The notes under the pieces are model-generated. The model was not told the DNA's origin. It did not search any database and worked only from the letters and a program-made list of their open reading frames with translations. Below, one piece after another: positions 1 through 18,340 of a stretch of DNA of 64,000 nt. A program made the position numbers and the translations under genes. Source of the stretch: the human T2T-CHM13v2.0 reference genome, Homo sapiens. The stretch's first letter is position 1. Every line of letters starts with the position of its first letter. The stretch lies in assembly GCF_009914755.1 (NCBI RefSeq), contig NC_060947.1; one strand, 5' to 3'.

Positions 1-293
1 AACTTCTGCCTGGGGTCTTCAGTTCCAGGCTAGGGTAGGGTATTGAGGGGCAGTAGTGAGTATCGGTTCTGAACCAAGCAGCTAGGATGCAATGAACGTC
101 TGGCTAAGAAACTGGAATTGGGGCACCAGGAAGTGAGTTCTGCCAGGTCCGAATGCTTTCCTGGGTTCCCAAGGACTACCTCCTTCACCCTACGCTTTCT
201 CCAAAGTTGGAGGATAAAGCAGGAAAGCAAGACACCTGGGTATTCTGGGAGCCTACAGGTCTACTATGGACTGAATATTGGGTGCCCCCCCAA

Positions 294-907
294 TTCTTTT
301 ATTATTATACCTTTAAGTTCTGGAGTACATGTGCAGAACGGGCAGGTTTGTTACATAGGTATACATGTGCCATGGTGGTTTGCTGCACCCATCAACCTGT
401 CATCTATATTAGGTGTTTCTCCTAATGCTCTCCCTCCCCTAGTTCCCCACCCCCCAACAGGCCCCGGTGTGTGATGTTCCCCTCCCTGGGTCCATGTGTT
501 CTCATTGTTCAGCTCCCACTTAGGAGTGAGAACATGTGGTGTTGGGTTTTCTGTTCCTGTGTGAGTTTGCTGAGAATGATGGTTTCCAGCTTCACCCATG
601 TCCCTGCAAAGGACATGAACTCATCCTTTTTTATGGCTGCATAGTATTCCATGGTGTCTATGTGCCACATTTTCTTTATCCAGTGTATCATTGATGGACA
701 TTTGGGTTGGTTCCAAGTCTTTGCTATTGTGAACAGTGCCACAATAAACATACGTGTGCATGTGTCTTTATAGTAGAATGATTTATAATCCTTGGGGTAT
801 ATACCCAGTGATGGGATGGCTGGGTCAAATGGTATTTCTAGTTATAGATCCTTGAGGAATCACCATACTGTCTTCCACAATGGTTGAACTAATTTACACT
901 CCCACCA
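294..907 (-). mobile_element. L1PA (L1PA7/8-like) 5'-truncated 3' end
   Basis: Reverse complement of the L1 3'UTR; ORF 509..751 gives an ORF2p C-terminal remnant (MFIVALFTIAKTWNQPKCPS...). Confidence 0.95.
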
Positions 908-1072
908 GATAATTAATATTTTAATATGCCACACCTTCTTAGTATAATATGACAGATGGAACCTCATGTGATTAAATAAAGAAGTGGGTTATTTGATTCA
1001 CTTGACACATTTGATTAACCGAGATTCCACTTACGAGTTTTACTGGCCACACTTTAGTTTTAAGAAGGCTAA

Positions 1073-1597
<525 letters not shown>

Positions 1598-2057
1598 TAG
1601 TGAGAGCAGAGAATGGCTAAAACATCCCCTTTTGGTAGTCTGGTTTGTTTTTTCTGCAGTTTTTTACATTTCAGGAGAAGTTCTTTTCTGCAAAGAGGTT
1701 GGCATACTTCCCTAACGTTGTCTTCTTAATATTACCTTCAAGCCTGCATGGTTTGTACTGAGTAGAGACACAGAACTTGCCCACCTGCCAAATTCATGCC
1801 GATGTCTCATGGAAGAACCATTTTACTTCATCTGCATCAAGTCCTCCCATAAACCGGATTCCAAAGTCGTGGAGAAACCCCGTCTCAATCCTAAGGGAGG
1901 AAGAAAAACAAATGGAACCAGATGAGGGGTCAGAAAAATACAATTGTGACCTCTGTTTCTTTCTGGGACATTTGGACCACGGCCATCAGTCAGATGGCTG
2001 AGAGGATTTAAGGGTCTAACCTAATCGCCTTCTTCCTCTCTTTTTCTGTCTTTGCAG

Positions 2058-2465
2058 CTATTAAGGATTTAGACTTCTTAACCATTTTATCAGAACAATA
2101 GCAGGGAAAGACCTGGATGTTTACCAAGCCTGCCATTAGGGGCCAAGTGGCCACTCCCCATCATCATAATTTGAACCACCATGTAACAGCCATTCCGCCA
2201 AGCAAATAAATTGCTGTAACATGACCTGATTATTTATTACAAGGTCAATATAAGTGAAACAGCCTCACAGTCATCCATCAGGGAGCAAGCGATCCTCATC
2301 ACCTTTGCCATGAAGTGGAACTCTGGGTCGCAGAACATGTAACGTCTGTGTTGGCCATCTCCACAGAGAGAAATTTTCTTTTTAAATTGGAGGAAAGGAA
2401 TTTTGATCATCGCGGGGCTGTCGCGATGGGGGTGTTTGGAAATGGTATAATTATTGCCTTTAAAA
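2058..2465. promoter_or_regulatory. Candidate conserved non-coding enhancer
   Basis: Repeat-free island with clustered TAAT/ATTA and TTTATTAC (2233) homeodomain motifs; conservation not tested. Confidence 0.45.
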
Positions 2466-2482
2466 GCTTGGATCTCATTATC

Positions 2483-2489
2483 GTGTGTA

Positions 2490-2521
<32 letters not shown>

Positions 2522-2522
2522 A
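2483..2522. repeat. (GT)n microsatellite
   Basis: Seen directly. Confidence 0.95.
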
Positions 2523-3014
2523 GTGTAAAATCAACTTGTATTTTTTTTTCCCCTTTGCTGATGGTCTCTGCTGACATACATTGTAAAGGCGGATAAGAAG
2601 GATTTGGGAACAGCTTTTGGTCCAACTTGTGCTAAATGTCAGCTACTTGGGGAAAGAGTGGAGTTTGTGCAGAGAAAGAGTCGATTTGGGGAAGCCAGAA
2701 AGATCCCCAGCAGAACGGTTCATATTATCGTATGACCCTACTTGCTATGGCCGAGCCATCACTACCCGGGCTGGAGTGCATTGGTTCTGAATTGTGGGTC
2801 TCTGCCACAGCCGTGAGCTTTACCAGGTTCCTACGTGATCTGCCCGCGTCTCTTTTAGAAGGTGGCGGCAGTGATCGTAACCCACACAATGGAAGTGCCA
2901 GGGCAGCCTGGGGGTGACTCCCTGCCCCACACCTGATTATCAACAACAGGACTTGACTCAACCTATGACACTGTGAACGTCAGTTTTGGGAAAAGTTCCA
3001 ACCTGGGGTCACCT

Positions 3015-3054
3015 GCGTGTGTGTGTGTGTGTGTGCGTGTGTGTGTGTGTGTGT
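3015..3054. repeat. (GT)n microsatellite
   Basis: Seen directly. Confidence 0.95.
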
Positions 3055-3187
3055 CAGGCAAGTGGGTCCAGTGTCGTAGGTTAATCTGTTTATATCTCTT
3101 GTTATAAATTTGAGCAACTTATTTTTAGGCAAAGATATACACGGAGTTTGCTCAATGGGAAAAAAAAAATCACCAAATGCCACTGAA

Positions 3188-4650
3188 CTATATATAAGAA
3201 AATATATATATATTTTTATATATATGTATACACACACACTATGTAGTGATATATTTACATGTTATATATTATCTATACATATATAATGTATATATACAGT
3301 ATATATGTATATATACCAGTATACTGTATATATACAGTATACTGGTATATATACATATATACTATATAGTTTCTATATATATTTCTATATATAGTTTCTT
3401 ATACATAGTCGTTGAATATATATTATATACTATATTATTACATAGTATATTAATGTATCTATAATATATAACATGTAAATATATCACTACATAGTTTATT
3501 AATGTATATATAATATATACATGTATTATATAATACAAATATATATTATATTAATGTATATAATATATAATGTATATTAATGTATATAATATATAAATGT
3601 ATTATATAATATATTGATGTATACAATATATAAATACATAATATATTATATAACATATATTATATTGTATATTAATGTATACAATATATTAATATAATAC
3701 TTAATATATTAAGCTACATAATATATAATTATATATTGTATTATAATAATATAATATATTTAGGTATATAATATATAATATAATATATGTTATAATATAT
3801 ATCATATATTATACATTATATACCTTAAAATAATATACAATCTTTTATATCATATATTATAATATATTAACATATAATATATAATATATAAAGCTATATA
3901 ATATATAATTGTATATGATATATTGTAATAATATTTTAAGCTATATATCATATAATTATATATTATACAGCTTTATATATTATATATAAATATATGTACA
4001 TACTATATAATATATTGTATATACATTAATATACTATATATTATATACTATATAGTATAATAAATATATTATATATACATTAGTATACTATATATTATAT
4101 ACTATACATAATATAATATAAATATATTATATACATTAGTATACTATATATTATATACTATACATAGTATAATATAAATATATTATATACATTAGTATAC
4201 TATATATTATATACTATACATAGTATAATATAAATATATTATATATACATTAGTATACTATATATTATATACTATACATAGTATAATATAAATATATTAT
4301 ATATATATTAGTATGCTATATATTATATACTATACATAGTATAATATAAATATATTATATATACATTAGTATGCTATATATTATATACTATATATAGTAT
4401 AATATAAATATATTATATATACATTAGTATACTATATATTATATACTATACATAGTATAATATAAATATATTATTTATACATTAGTATACTATATATTAT
4501 ATACTATATAGCATAATGGAAATATATTATATATACATTAGTATACTGTATATTATATACTATGCAGTATAATATAAATATATATACATTAGCATACTAT
4601 ATATTGTATACTATATATATAGTATAATATAAATATATTATATATATAAT
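3188..4650. repeat. AT-rich low-complexity tract with ~51-55 bp minisatellite (4020-4650)
   Basis: Recurrent unit tacattagtatactatatattatatactatacatagtataatataaatatatta. Confidence 0.9.
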
Positions 4651-4744
4651 TTCTTATTCTTGCCTGCCTAAACATGCTCAGTGATTCTGTGTGGCACATT
4701 TAGCTTCCAATGGGTGGTAAGTATATAGCTCTCTCTCCCTTTAA

Positions 4745-5377
4745 AAAATTAAGATGACATTCACATAACATGAAATTTTATAGTGCTCAATTCAGGAGCA
4801 TTGAGGACATTCAGAACATCATGCAATCCCCACCTCTATCTAGTACCACAACCTTCTCAGTACCCAAAAGGTGACCCTGTACCCTTTAAGCAGTCACTCC
4901 CATTCCCCTCCCCCTTTCCCGGGAAGCTCCAATGTGCTTTCTATTCTCTGTTTTTGACACCACATGGCATGATTCTGCACAATGTGCTTTCTGTCTCTCT
5001 GGATTTGCCTCTTCTGGACACGTTTATGTAATGGAATCCTCCAATATTTGTCCTTTGATGTCCGATTTCTGTCACTGAGCATGATGTCTTCAAGGTTCTT
5101 CCACACTTCAGCCAGTGTCAGAGCTTTGTTCTTTTTCATGGCTGTATAATATTCCACTGTCTGGATGGACCATATTCTGTTTACCCTTTCAACTGCCAAT
5201 GGACTCCTGGGTTGTTTCCAGCTTTGGGTCATTGTGAGTCATGCTGCTATGAACATTTGTGTCTAGGTTTTTGTTTGAACATCCGTTTTCAGTTCTTTTT
5301 GGTACGTACCCAGGAGTTGAATGGCCGGCTTTAGGGTAGCTTCATGTTTAGCCTTTTGAGAAACCACCAAGCTGTTT
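4745..5377 (-). mobile_element. Old L1 (L1MB-like) 3' end
   Basis: ORF 4894..5232 is a decayed ORF2p C-terminus (WKQPRSP...VEYYTAMKKN...WKNLEDIMLS); L1M-type 3'UTR. Confidence 0.85.
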
Positions 5378-5849
5378 AGAGACAAAAATGCTTTTGTCTT
5401 CCTCTGGTTCGAGGTTCCCTGTGATCCATAAAAATGGTTCAGCCTCCCTACTTGGTGTCTCTGTTTCAAAGGAATGTGCTCATGTAGAGAAGGATATTTT
5501 TTGGAGTCTGGATTTTTGGGTCTGGGAGAAGGTTGAGAAGAGAAAGAGTGGATATCGTTGATCTTTGTAGGGCAGAAAATTGCTGCAGCATCCACAATTG
5601 ATTCTGCCATTGTGGGAAGTCAGCTAAGAGCTGCCTCTCTGCTCTTGAACCTGGTTGCAAAGGTGGATTGAGGGAGGTCGGCCTGGCCTGAGGCTGGGAT
5701 CTGTCAGGACCAGTCAAAACCGTCAAATTCCTTCTTCCTTTTTGTACTGCGAGGTCACAGGACAGGTGCCAGCATCTACCTGTGATCCAGGAGCTGGGGC
5801 TAAGAAGTAGCCAGGTGGTACTGGAGTAACCTGTCCTGCACCCAAGTTC

Positions 5850-7590
5850 TGAACAACTGACCACCTGCAGGACCCTCCCCACCTGAGATCTGAACACCTC
5901 ACCAACTGCAGTGACCGTCCCCACCTGAGATCTGACCACCTCACCACCTGCAGTGACCCTCCCCCACCTGAGATCTGACCACCTGACCACCTGCAGAGAC
6001 CCTCCCCACCTGAGATCTAAACAACTGACCACCTGCAGTGACCCTCCCCACCTGAGATCTAAACACCTGACCACCTGCAGGGACCCTCCCCACCTGAGAT
6101 CTGAACACCTGACCACCTGCAGAGACCCTCCCCACCTGAGATCTAAACAACTGACCACCTGCAGGGACCCTCCCCACCTGAGATCTGAACACCTGACCAC
6201 CTGCAGTGACCCTCCCCACCTGAGATCTAAACAACTGACCACCTGCAGGGACCCTCCCCACCTGAGATCTAAACACCTGACCACCTGCAGGTACCCTCCC
6301 CCACCTGAGATCTGAACACCTGACCACCTGCAGGGACCCTCCCCACCTGAGATCTAAACACCTGACCACCTGCAGTGACCCTCCCCACCTGAGATCTAAA
6401 CACCTGACCACCTGCAGGGACCCTCCCCACCTGAGATCTAAACACCTGACCACCTGCAGGGACCCTCCCCACCTGAGATCTGAACACCTGACCACCTGCA
6501 GGGACCCTCCCCACCTGAGATCTAAACACCTGACCACCTGCAGGGACCCTCCCCACCTGAGATCTGACCACCTGACCACCTGCAGGGACCCTCCCCACCT
6601 GAGATCTAAACACCTGACCACCTGCAGGTACCCTCCCCCACCTGAGATCTGAACACCTGACCACCTGCAGGGACCCTCCCCACCTGAGATCTAAACACCT
6701 GACCACCTGCAGTGACCCTCCCCACCTGAGATCTAAACACCTGACCACCTGCAGGGACCCTCCCCACCTGAGATCTGAACACCTGACCACCTGCAGGGAC
6801 CCTCCCCACCTGAGATCTGAACACCTGACCACCTGCAGTGACCCTCCCCACCTGAGATCTAAACACCTGACCACCTGCAGGGACCCTCCCCACCTGAGAT
6901 CTAAACACCTGACCACCTGCAGGGACCCTCCCCACCCAAGATCTGACCACCTGACCACCTGCAGGGACCCTCCCCACCTGAGATCTGACCACCTGACCAC
7001 CTGCAGTGACCCTCCCCACCTGAGATCTAAACACCTGACCACCTGCAGAGACCCTCCCCACCTGAGATCTAAACAACTGACCACCTGCAGGGACCCTCCC
7101 CCACCTGAGATCTAAACACCTGACCACCTGCAGAGACCCTCCCCACCTGAGATCTAAACAACTGACCACCTGCAGGGACCCTCCCCCACCTGAGATCTAA
7201 ACACCTGACCACCTGCAGAGACCCTCCCCCACCTGAGATCTAAACACCTGACCACCTGCAGGGACCCTCCCCACCTGAGATCTAAACACCTGACCACCTG
7301 CAGGGACCCTCCCCACCTGAGATCTAAACACCTGACCACCTGCAGGGACCCTCCCCACCTGAGATCTAAACACCTGACCACCTGCAGGGACCCTCCCCAC
7401 CTGAGATCTAAACACCTGACCACCTGCAGAGACCCTCCCCACCTGAGATCTAAACACCTGACCACCTGCAGAGACCCTCCCCACCCAAGATCTGACCACC
7501 TGACCACCTGCAGTGACCCTCCCCACCCGAGATCTGAACACCTCACCACCTACAGGTACCCTCCCCACCTGAGGTCTGAACACCTGATGG
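5850..7590. repeat. 42-bp VNTR, ~41 copies
   Basis: Unit ccacctgagatctaaacacctgaccacctgcagggaccctcc; produces the 14-aa periodic ORFs. Confidence 0.98.
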
Positions 7591-7805
7591 TACATAAGCA
7601 GGGGTTTATATACCATCTTAACAAAGGATGATGAATTCCTGGAGGATTACCTAGGCAAAGGGAAAAAAAATTATGGACTTCCAGGGGTGGTACATTGTGG
7701 GAAGCTACATATCTTTGGGAAAGAAATGGAAGATAAGGGTGATTTCATCAGCTTTGATGCCTTCTCCATGACACGTGTCATCTGAAATAATTAAGAGCCA
7801 TGCTC

Positions 7806-9752
<1,947 letters not shown>

Positions 9753-10409
9753 CCTGTACAAAAGGAAATGTATGTTCTGCCATTGTGCATTTGGGAGGGC
9801 GACCTCCAAGGCCTCCATCCCTTCCCTGGAGCTGATGGAGATGCGCTGCCCTTGGCTATTGCTATGAGGGGTACTGGGCTGGGGCAGGGATCCCCATGGG
9901 GACACCACACCTTTCCTTTTGAGTTCCCCAAGGTTGCAGTGTTTCTGATGACTGAGCATTGAGGACAGTGGGGACACCACCTGGAAGGCAGGGCCTGGTC
10001 CCATATAAAAGAGGCAACGAGAGAGCCAAGGCCAGCTCTCCTTGTTGTTCTGAGCCTGGCCAGCAGCCAAGGGAGATGATGGACACAGTCCAGGGTGATG
10101 TGGGCCCCTCCCTCTTGCGCTGCCCCTGGGCTGAGCTGGACGCTGCAAATTCGCGGGAAGACACGTTTTCGGCATCACCCCGTCCTGCAGGTAGAGGGAG
10201 CCCTGGAGAGATTGTCTTCTGAGTTCCTTTCTCTTTTATTTATTTAGATTTGTGGGGCAGCCCTACTTTGTTCTATGAGAAAAGCAGGAGGGACCAGGAG
10301 GAGGTTCTATGGATGATGACCACGACCGACGTAATCTCAGGCAAGCTTCAGAAGAGGAGACGTGAGCGTTCACTAAGGAAGATCAAACGCACCCGCAAAA
10401 AGATGAGCC

Positions 10410-12840
10410 CAGCTTTGCTAACGCCCTGGTGAGTGTCAGGTACAGATAGAGGATGAAAACCTTCAACACACAGGGAACGTGGGCTCCCAGCAGAGCTGAC
10501 CACAGACAGGCCCAGGCCCTGCTAACACCCCAGTCACAGGTCCAGTGCAGACAGTGGACGCCGGTATTCAATGCACAGGGGACGTGTCTCCCTGCAAACC
10601 TCACCACAGACGGGCCCAGGCCCTGCTAACGCCCCGGTCACAGGTCAGGTGTAGACAGTGGATACTGGTATTCAATGCACAGGGGACATGTGCTCCCTGC
10701 AGAACTGACTCCAGACAGGCCCAGGCCCTGCTAATGCCCCGGTCACAGGTCAGGTGCAGACAGTGGACACTGGTATTTAATGCAGGGGGGATGTGGGCTC
10801 CCAGCAGAACTGACCCCAGACAGGCCCAGGCCCTGCTAACGCTCCGGTCACAGGTCAGGTGCAGACAGTGGACGCTGGTATTCAATGCACAGGGGACATG
10901 TGCTCCCTGCAGAACTGACTCCAGACAGGCCCAGGCCCTGCTAATGCCCCGGTCACAGGTCAGGTGCAGACAGTGGACACTGGTATTTAATGCAGGGGGG
11001 ATGTGGGCTCCCAGCAGAACTGACCCCAGACAGGCCCAGGCCCTGCTAACGCTCCGGTCACAGGTCAGGTGCAGACAGTGGACGCCGGTATTCAATGCAC
11101 AGGGGACATGTGCTCCCTGCAGAACTGACTCCAGACAGGCCCAGGCCCTGCTAATGCCCCGGTCACAGGTCAGGTGCAGACAGTGGACACTGGTATTTAA
11201 TGCAGGGGGGATGTGGGCTCCCAGCAGAACTGACCCCAGACAGGCCCAGGCCCTGCTAACGCTCCGGTCACAGGTCAGGTGCAGACAGTGGACGCCGGTA
11301 TTCAATGCACAGGGGACGTGTCTCCCTGCAAACCTCACCACAGACGGGCCCAGGCCCTGCTAACGCCCCGGTCACAGGTCAGGTGTAGACAGTGGATACT
11401 GGTATTCAATGCACAGGGGACATGTGCTCCCTGCAGAACTGACTCCAGACAGGCCCAGGCCCTGCTAATGCCCCGGTCACAGGTCAGGTGCAGACAGTGG
11501 ACACTGGTATTTAATGCAGGGGGGATGTGGGCTCCCAGCAGAACTGACCCCAGACAGGCCCAGGCCCTGCTAACGCTCCGGTCACAGGTCAGGTGCAGAC
11601 AGTGGATGCCGGTATTCAATGCACAGGGGACGTGACTCCATGCAAACCTCACCACAGACAGGTCCAGGCCCTGCTAACATCCCACTCACAGGTCAGGTGC
11701 AGACAGTGGACGCTGGTATTCAAAGCACAGGGGACGTGGGCTCCCTGCAAACCTCACCACAGACAGGTCCAGGCCCTGCTAACACCCCGGTCACAGGTCA
11801 GGTGCAGACAGTGGACGCTGGTATTCAATGCACAGGGGACGTGACTCCATGCAAACCTCACCACAGACAGGTCCAGGCCCTGCTAACGCCCCAGTCGCAG
11901 GTCAGGTGCAGAGAGTGGACGCCGGTATTCAATGCACAGGGGACATGACTTCATGCAAACCTCACCACAGACAGGCCCAGGCCCTGCTAACATCCCAGTC
12001 ACAGGTCAGGTGCAGACAGTGGACGCTGGTATTCAATGCACAGGGGACGTGACTCCATGCAAACCTCACCACAGACAGGTCCAGGCCCTGCTAACGCCCC
12101 GGTCGCAGGTCAGGTGCAGACAGTGGACGTCGGTATTCAATGCACAGGGGACGTGTCTTCCTGCAAACCTCACCACAGACAGGTCCAGGCCCTGCTAACG
12201 CCCCGGTCGCAGGTCAGGTGCAGAGAGTGGACGCCGGTATTCAATGCACAGGGGACGTGACTCCATGCAAACCTCACCACAGACGGGTCCAGGCCCTGCT
12301 AACATCCCACTCACAGGTCAGGTGCATTCAGTGGACGCCGGTATTCAATGCACAGGGGACGATGGCTCCCAGCAGAGCTCACCACAGACAAGCCCAGGTC
12401 CTGCTAACGCCCAGGTCAGACTGGGTCAGGTACAGATGGGACCAGGCCCTGCTAACACCCTGGTGAGTATCAGGTGCACACAGAAGATGGGAACAGGGGA
12501 TGTGGGCTCCCTGCAGAACTGACCACAGACAGTCCTGGTCCTTGCTAACACCCAGGCCAGTTTAGCTGAGGTATAGACGGCAGACGGCGGCATTTAATGC
12601 ACAGGGAATGCGGGTTCCCTGCAAAACTCACCACAGACATGTCCAGGCACTGCTAACATCCTGGGCACAGGTCAGGTACACACAGTGGACGTGAACATTC
12701 AATACTCATCCCAGATGGGACCAGACCCTGCTAACGCCCCAGTCAGAGGTCAGCTGGGCATTTAATACACGTGAGACATGGGGTCCTGCAGAACTCACAA
12801 CAGACGGGCCGAGCCCCGCCAACGCCCAGGTCAGAAGTCA
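10410..12840. repeat. 104-105 bp GC-rich VNTR, ~23 units including degenerate edges
   Basis: Unit caggccctgctaacgccccggtcacaggtcaggtgcagacagtggacgccggtattcaatgcacagggg...; 210-bp dimer higher-order repeat. Confidence 0.97.
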
Positions 12841-12914
12841 GGGCCAGAGTGTTGTGGCGTTTTTCCCGGGATTTTTGTGTCCAGCTAAATCTGTCCAGCT
12901 GCCGTCAGCTGTAG

Positions 12915-13593
<679 letters not shown>

Positions 13594-13894
13594 GTCTCTG
13601 CTCCCTTTTTCGAAGGTTGCTTCTTTGTGCCTGTTCAGTCTTTTCTGGAACCTCCCATCTCTCTCACGGAGACCTTAGGGGGTGTCCCTTCTAGAATGCT
13701 GCCCTGGAGCTGCGCCTGACCCCTCCTGGGACTTGAGCATTTTTCTGTCGAATGAATGCAGAGGGGTGGAGAAAAACTCCCGCTCTAAACTGGACTTTGC
13801 TTCCAACGACGGCTGTTTTTGAATTGTACCCATCGCCTCTTCATGGTATAAGGTAAGGGCTAAATATATATTATTCACTGGGCAGAATTTTAGT

Positions 13895-14120
13895 TTGATT
13901 TTATGGTAGTGAAATTTACATGCCATACAAGTAACCAATTTACAGCGTCCAGTTCAGGAGCCGATAGTACATTCACAATGTTATAGAATTGTCACCTCTC
14001 TCTGGTCCGAGAACATTCTCGTCACCCCAAAAGGCAACCCTGAACCCCATTAAACAGTCACCCCCATTTCCACTTCTGAACCCCTGGTGACCTCGAATCT
14101 ACTTTCTGTGTTTATAGATA
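13895..14120 (-). mobile_element. Old L1M 3'UTR fragment
   Basis: tagtacattcacaatgtt...caccccaaaaggcaaccctg...ctactttctgtg resembles the L1MB 3' end. Confidence 0.65.
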
Positions 14121-14148
14121 TTGTCTCAGGTAAGCAGGGGTAAAATAA

Positions 14149-14484
<336 letters not shown>

Positions 14485-14660
14485 TAGCCTTATCTTTCCT
14501 TGGCATCGTCTTCATATCCAAAAAAATCCCTCTGGCCAAGTTTTCCTTGTGACGCTTTTTCCAAAAAAAATTGCAGGGACTCTTTAGAAAATTCCAATCT
14601 CCCTGGCAGTTTATGCTTGACTAGTTGGAGTGGCCATTTGGCCTTTAAGAACCTGGAGCA

Positions 14661-15304
<644 letters not shown>

Positions 15305-15362
15305 TCAGATATACATTCAAAATATTATTTTCAATAAATTTCTTCTCAGGCGTCCAAATGGA

Positions 15363-15563
15363 CAAGCGATTCTCCAGCCTCAGCCTCCTGAGTAGCTGAG
15401 ACTACAGGCACCCGCCACCGAGCCCGGCTAATTTTTGTATTTATAGTAGAGACAGGGTTTCACCATGTTGGCCAGCCTGGTCTCGAACTCCGAACCTCAA
15501 GTCATCCACCCACTTTGGCACCCCAAAGTACTGGGATTACAGGCGTGAGCCACCACGCCCGGA
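15363..15563 (-). mobile_element. Partial Alu, duplicate of 14271-14471
   Basis: Shares private variants and the 5' flank with the 14.2 kb Alu. Confidence 0.9.
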
Positions 15564-16019
15564 CATTAAACTTCTCTTAACCTTATATTTTCTTGTCACC
15601 CGCAGAGTGCCACCTGTCCAGGCATCGTGCTGGCACAGAACAGCCAATGGGCATGGAATTCCCAGCACTGTTTGTCTGATGCATTAGATGACATAAAGAT
15701 GGTGTCCTAAGGTTCCACACAAACCTCTTCGCCCACCACTCGGTTGATCTGAAAAGCACAAACATAGTTTGTGTCTGGTTGGGGTGTCTACAAACTGTTT
15801 TTTGGAACCATGGTCCTTCTCTGCACAGGACTCACTTAGCCAAATGCAACTCTTCTCCTGACCTCCTAATTAATAAGATGAAGGCATTCGATCTGTGCGT
15901 CTGCAGCCCCGAGACCCCTTCTGCATATTAAAACCCACCTCGCCGGGCAGGCAGAACACTTGTTTGTGTGTATGGGAGCCCCCAGCAGCCCTTGGTCTAT
16001 ACTAGGCAAATAACAAAGA

Positions 16020-16560
16020 GGAGGAAAAAAAAAAACTTAACAAATTACAGCTGAAACAAATCACCATTGCCCCGTTTTCAAATTATTATATTTCTGGGGA
16101 ATTTCAGCCCGTTACATGAAAAGGAAGACAGCCGATCCAGAGGGCTTTTGATCGTCAGGTTATGTTAATAACCGGCGCTCATGTAAAATGCATAAGATGT
16201 ACCTTACTGTGGAAGAGGATGGCTGATAATTACTCCGTATGCACAGAGGGTACCTCATTCCAAACGGATGCATAAAGACCCCCTTTTACATGGCAGCCTA
16301 ATTACTTATAGACAGTTGAGCAGAAAATTACTTTCATCTGCTTCAACATGTGGCAGCAAAGAGATTTGAGCTGTACTTTTCAAAACAGCTGGCTGGCATA
16401 CTGCAAGAGAAGGCCGGTGTTGTGTGGGACTGATTGCAAAGTGCATTTTCTGATAATTAGATCTATTAGAGAGAGGCAAGGACCAGCCTGCATTGGAAGC
16501 GGAAAAAAAAAATTAACTGCAATGAACAGCAAGCAGGCAGTTCCTAGATGCTCCCAAAAG
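16020..16560. promoter_or_regulatory. Candidate conserved non-coding enhancer
   Basis: Repeat-free island with TAATTA/ATTA clusters (cctaattac, gataattag), CTTTTGATC (TCF-like) and ATGTAAAA. Confidence 0.5.
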
Positions 16561-17121
16561 CCTGAACTGGGGCTGGGACGGTCACAGAGCGGCCCGGCCC
16601 CCATGAGCTCAATCTCTGATCACAGCAGGGTCCCCAGAGAGAGTGGGGGGGCCCTCCTGATGGCATGGCCAAGACCCCCGAGGCCGCCACCGGAGACTCT
16701 GCCTTTGATCTCGCCCTGGTCTGCTCACTCTGCGTGAGGACGACTCTGCCATCCTAATGATGGTTTTGCATCTGCCTGAGGTTTTGCTTTGCAGGGCTGC
16801 GGAAAGTGTCTAGCAAGGCCAGCACCGGCCAGAGATACGGGGACCTGGGGGATGAGAATCCGCAGGTGCAGGTGGAGAAGAAACTTCTTTCTTGGAGGCT
16901 GCGGCGGCTCGTGGGGGAGCTGCCCCGGGTGGGAAGCATTTTGGGGCATCTACAGAGTATCTTGGGGAGGGGAATAAGACCTGCAGATTCTTCCTACATA
17001 GCTTATTTTGGTGTAGATAAAACGAGTGTCGTGGGACACTGTTTTCACAGCCTGGCGTTAGCTTCTGGTCTTCGGGATCTTCAAGAGAGGCTTTTAATTT
17101 TCTTTTTCTATTTATTTTTAA

Positions 17122-18024
<903 letters not shown>

Positions 18025-18032
18025 CATTAACG

Positions 18033-18340
18033 TTTTAACTGACAACTGAAAGTTGTACATATTTAGGTTGTGTGCCATGAGGTTTTGACACTATAGAATT
18101 CGTGGCATTAAGCTGATTAGCCAATGCCCTATCTCTGAGACTTACTATTGATTTGTGGTGAGAAAGAGTAACATCAACTCAGCCATTTTTAAGTCAACAA
18201 TACGTATATTATTATCAACAATGTTATCTTGTTGCACTGTAAATGGATACAATGTTACCAGTCACCATGCCATATATTGGAGCTCTTGAACTTTTTCCTC
18301 CTGACAAATTGACGCTCTGTGTCCTTCAACCAACATTTCC
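18033..18340 (-). mobile_element. Old L1MA-like 3'UTR fragment
   Basis: ttgtacatattt...tgtggtgagaa...agtcaccatgc...tcttgaactt. Confidence 0.6.

Noticed and set aside
509-751. L1 ORF2p-like peptides (also 41229-41429 and 4894-5232)
   Set aside because: Remnants of 5'-truncated L1s, not functional CDS
5850-7590. PRDM9 motif in the cctccccacc part of the unit
   Set aside because: Does not fit CCNCCNTNNCCNC (no T at position 7)
5466-7616. Long ORFs (up to 272 aa) with a 14-aa repeat
   Set aside because: By-product of a 42-bp stop-free VNTR; frameshifted by +1 units; no gene context
10545-12522. ORFs of 246-272 aa on both strands
   Set aside because: Periodic translation of the 104/105-bp VNTR
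16780-16935. GC-rich patch with a ttttgctttgcag acceptor (CpG island or exon)
   Set aside because: Too short for a CpG island; no convincing donor or ORF
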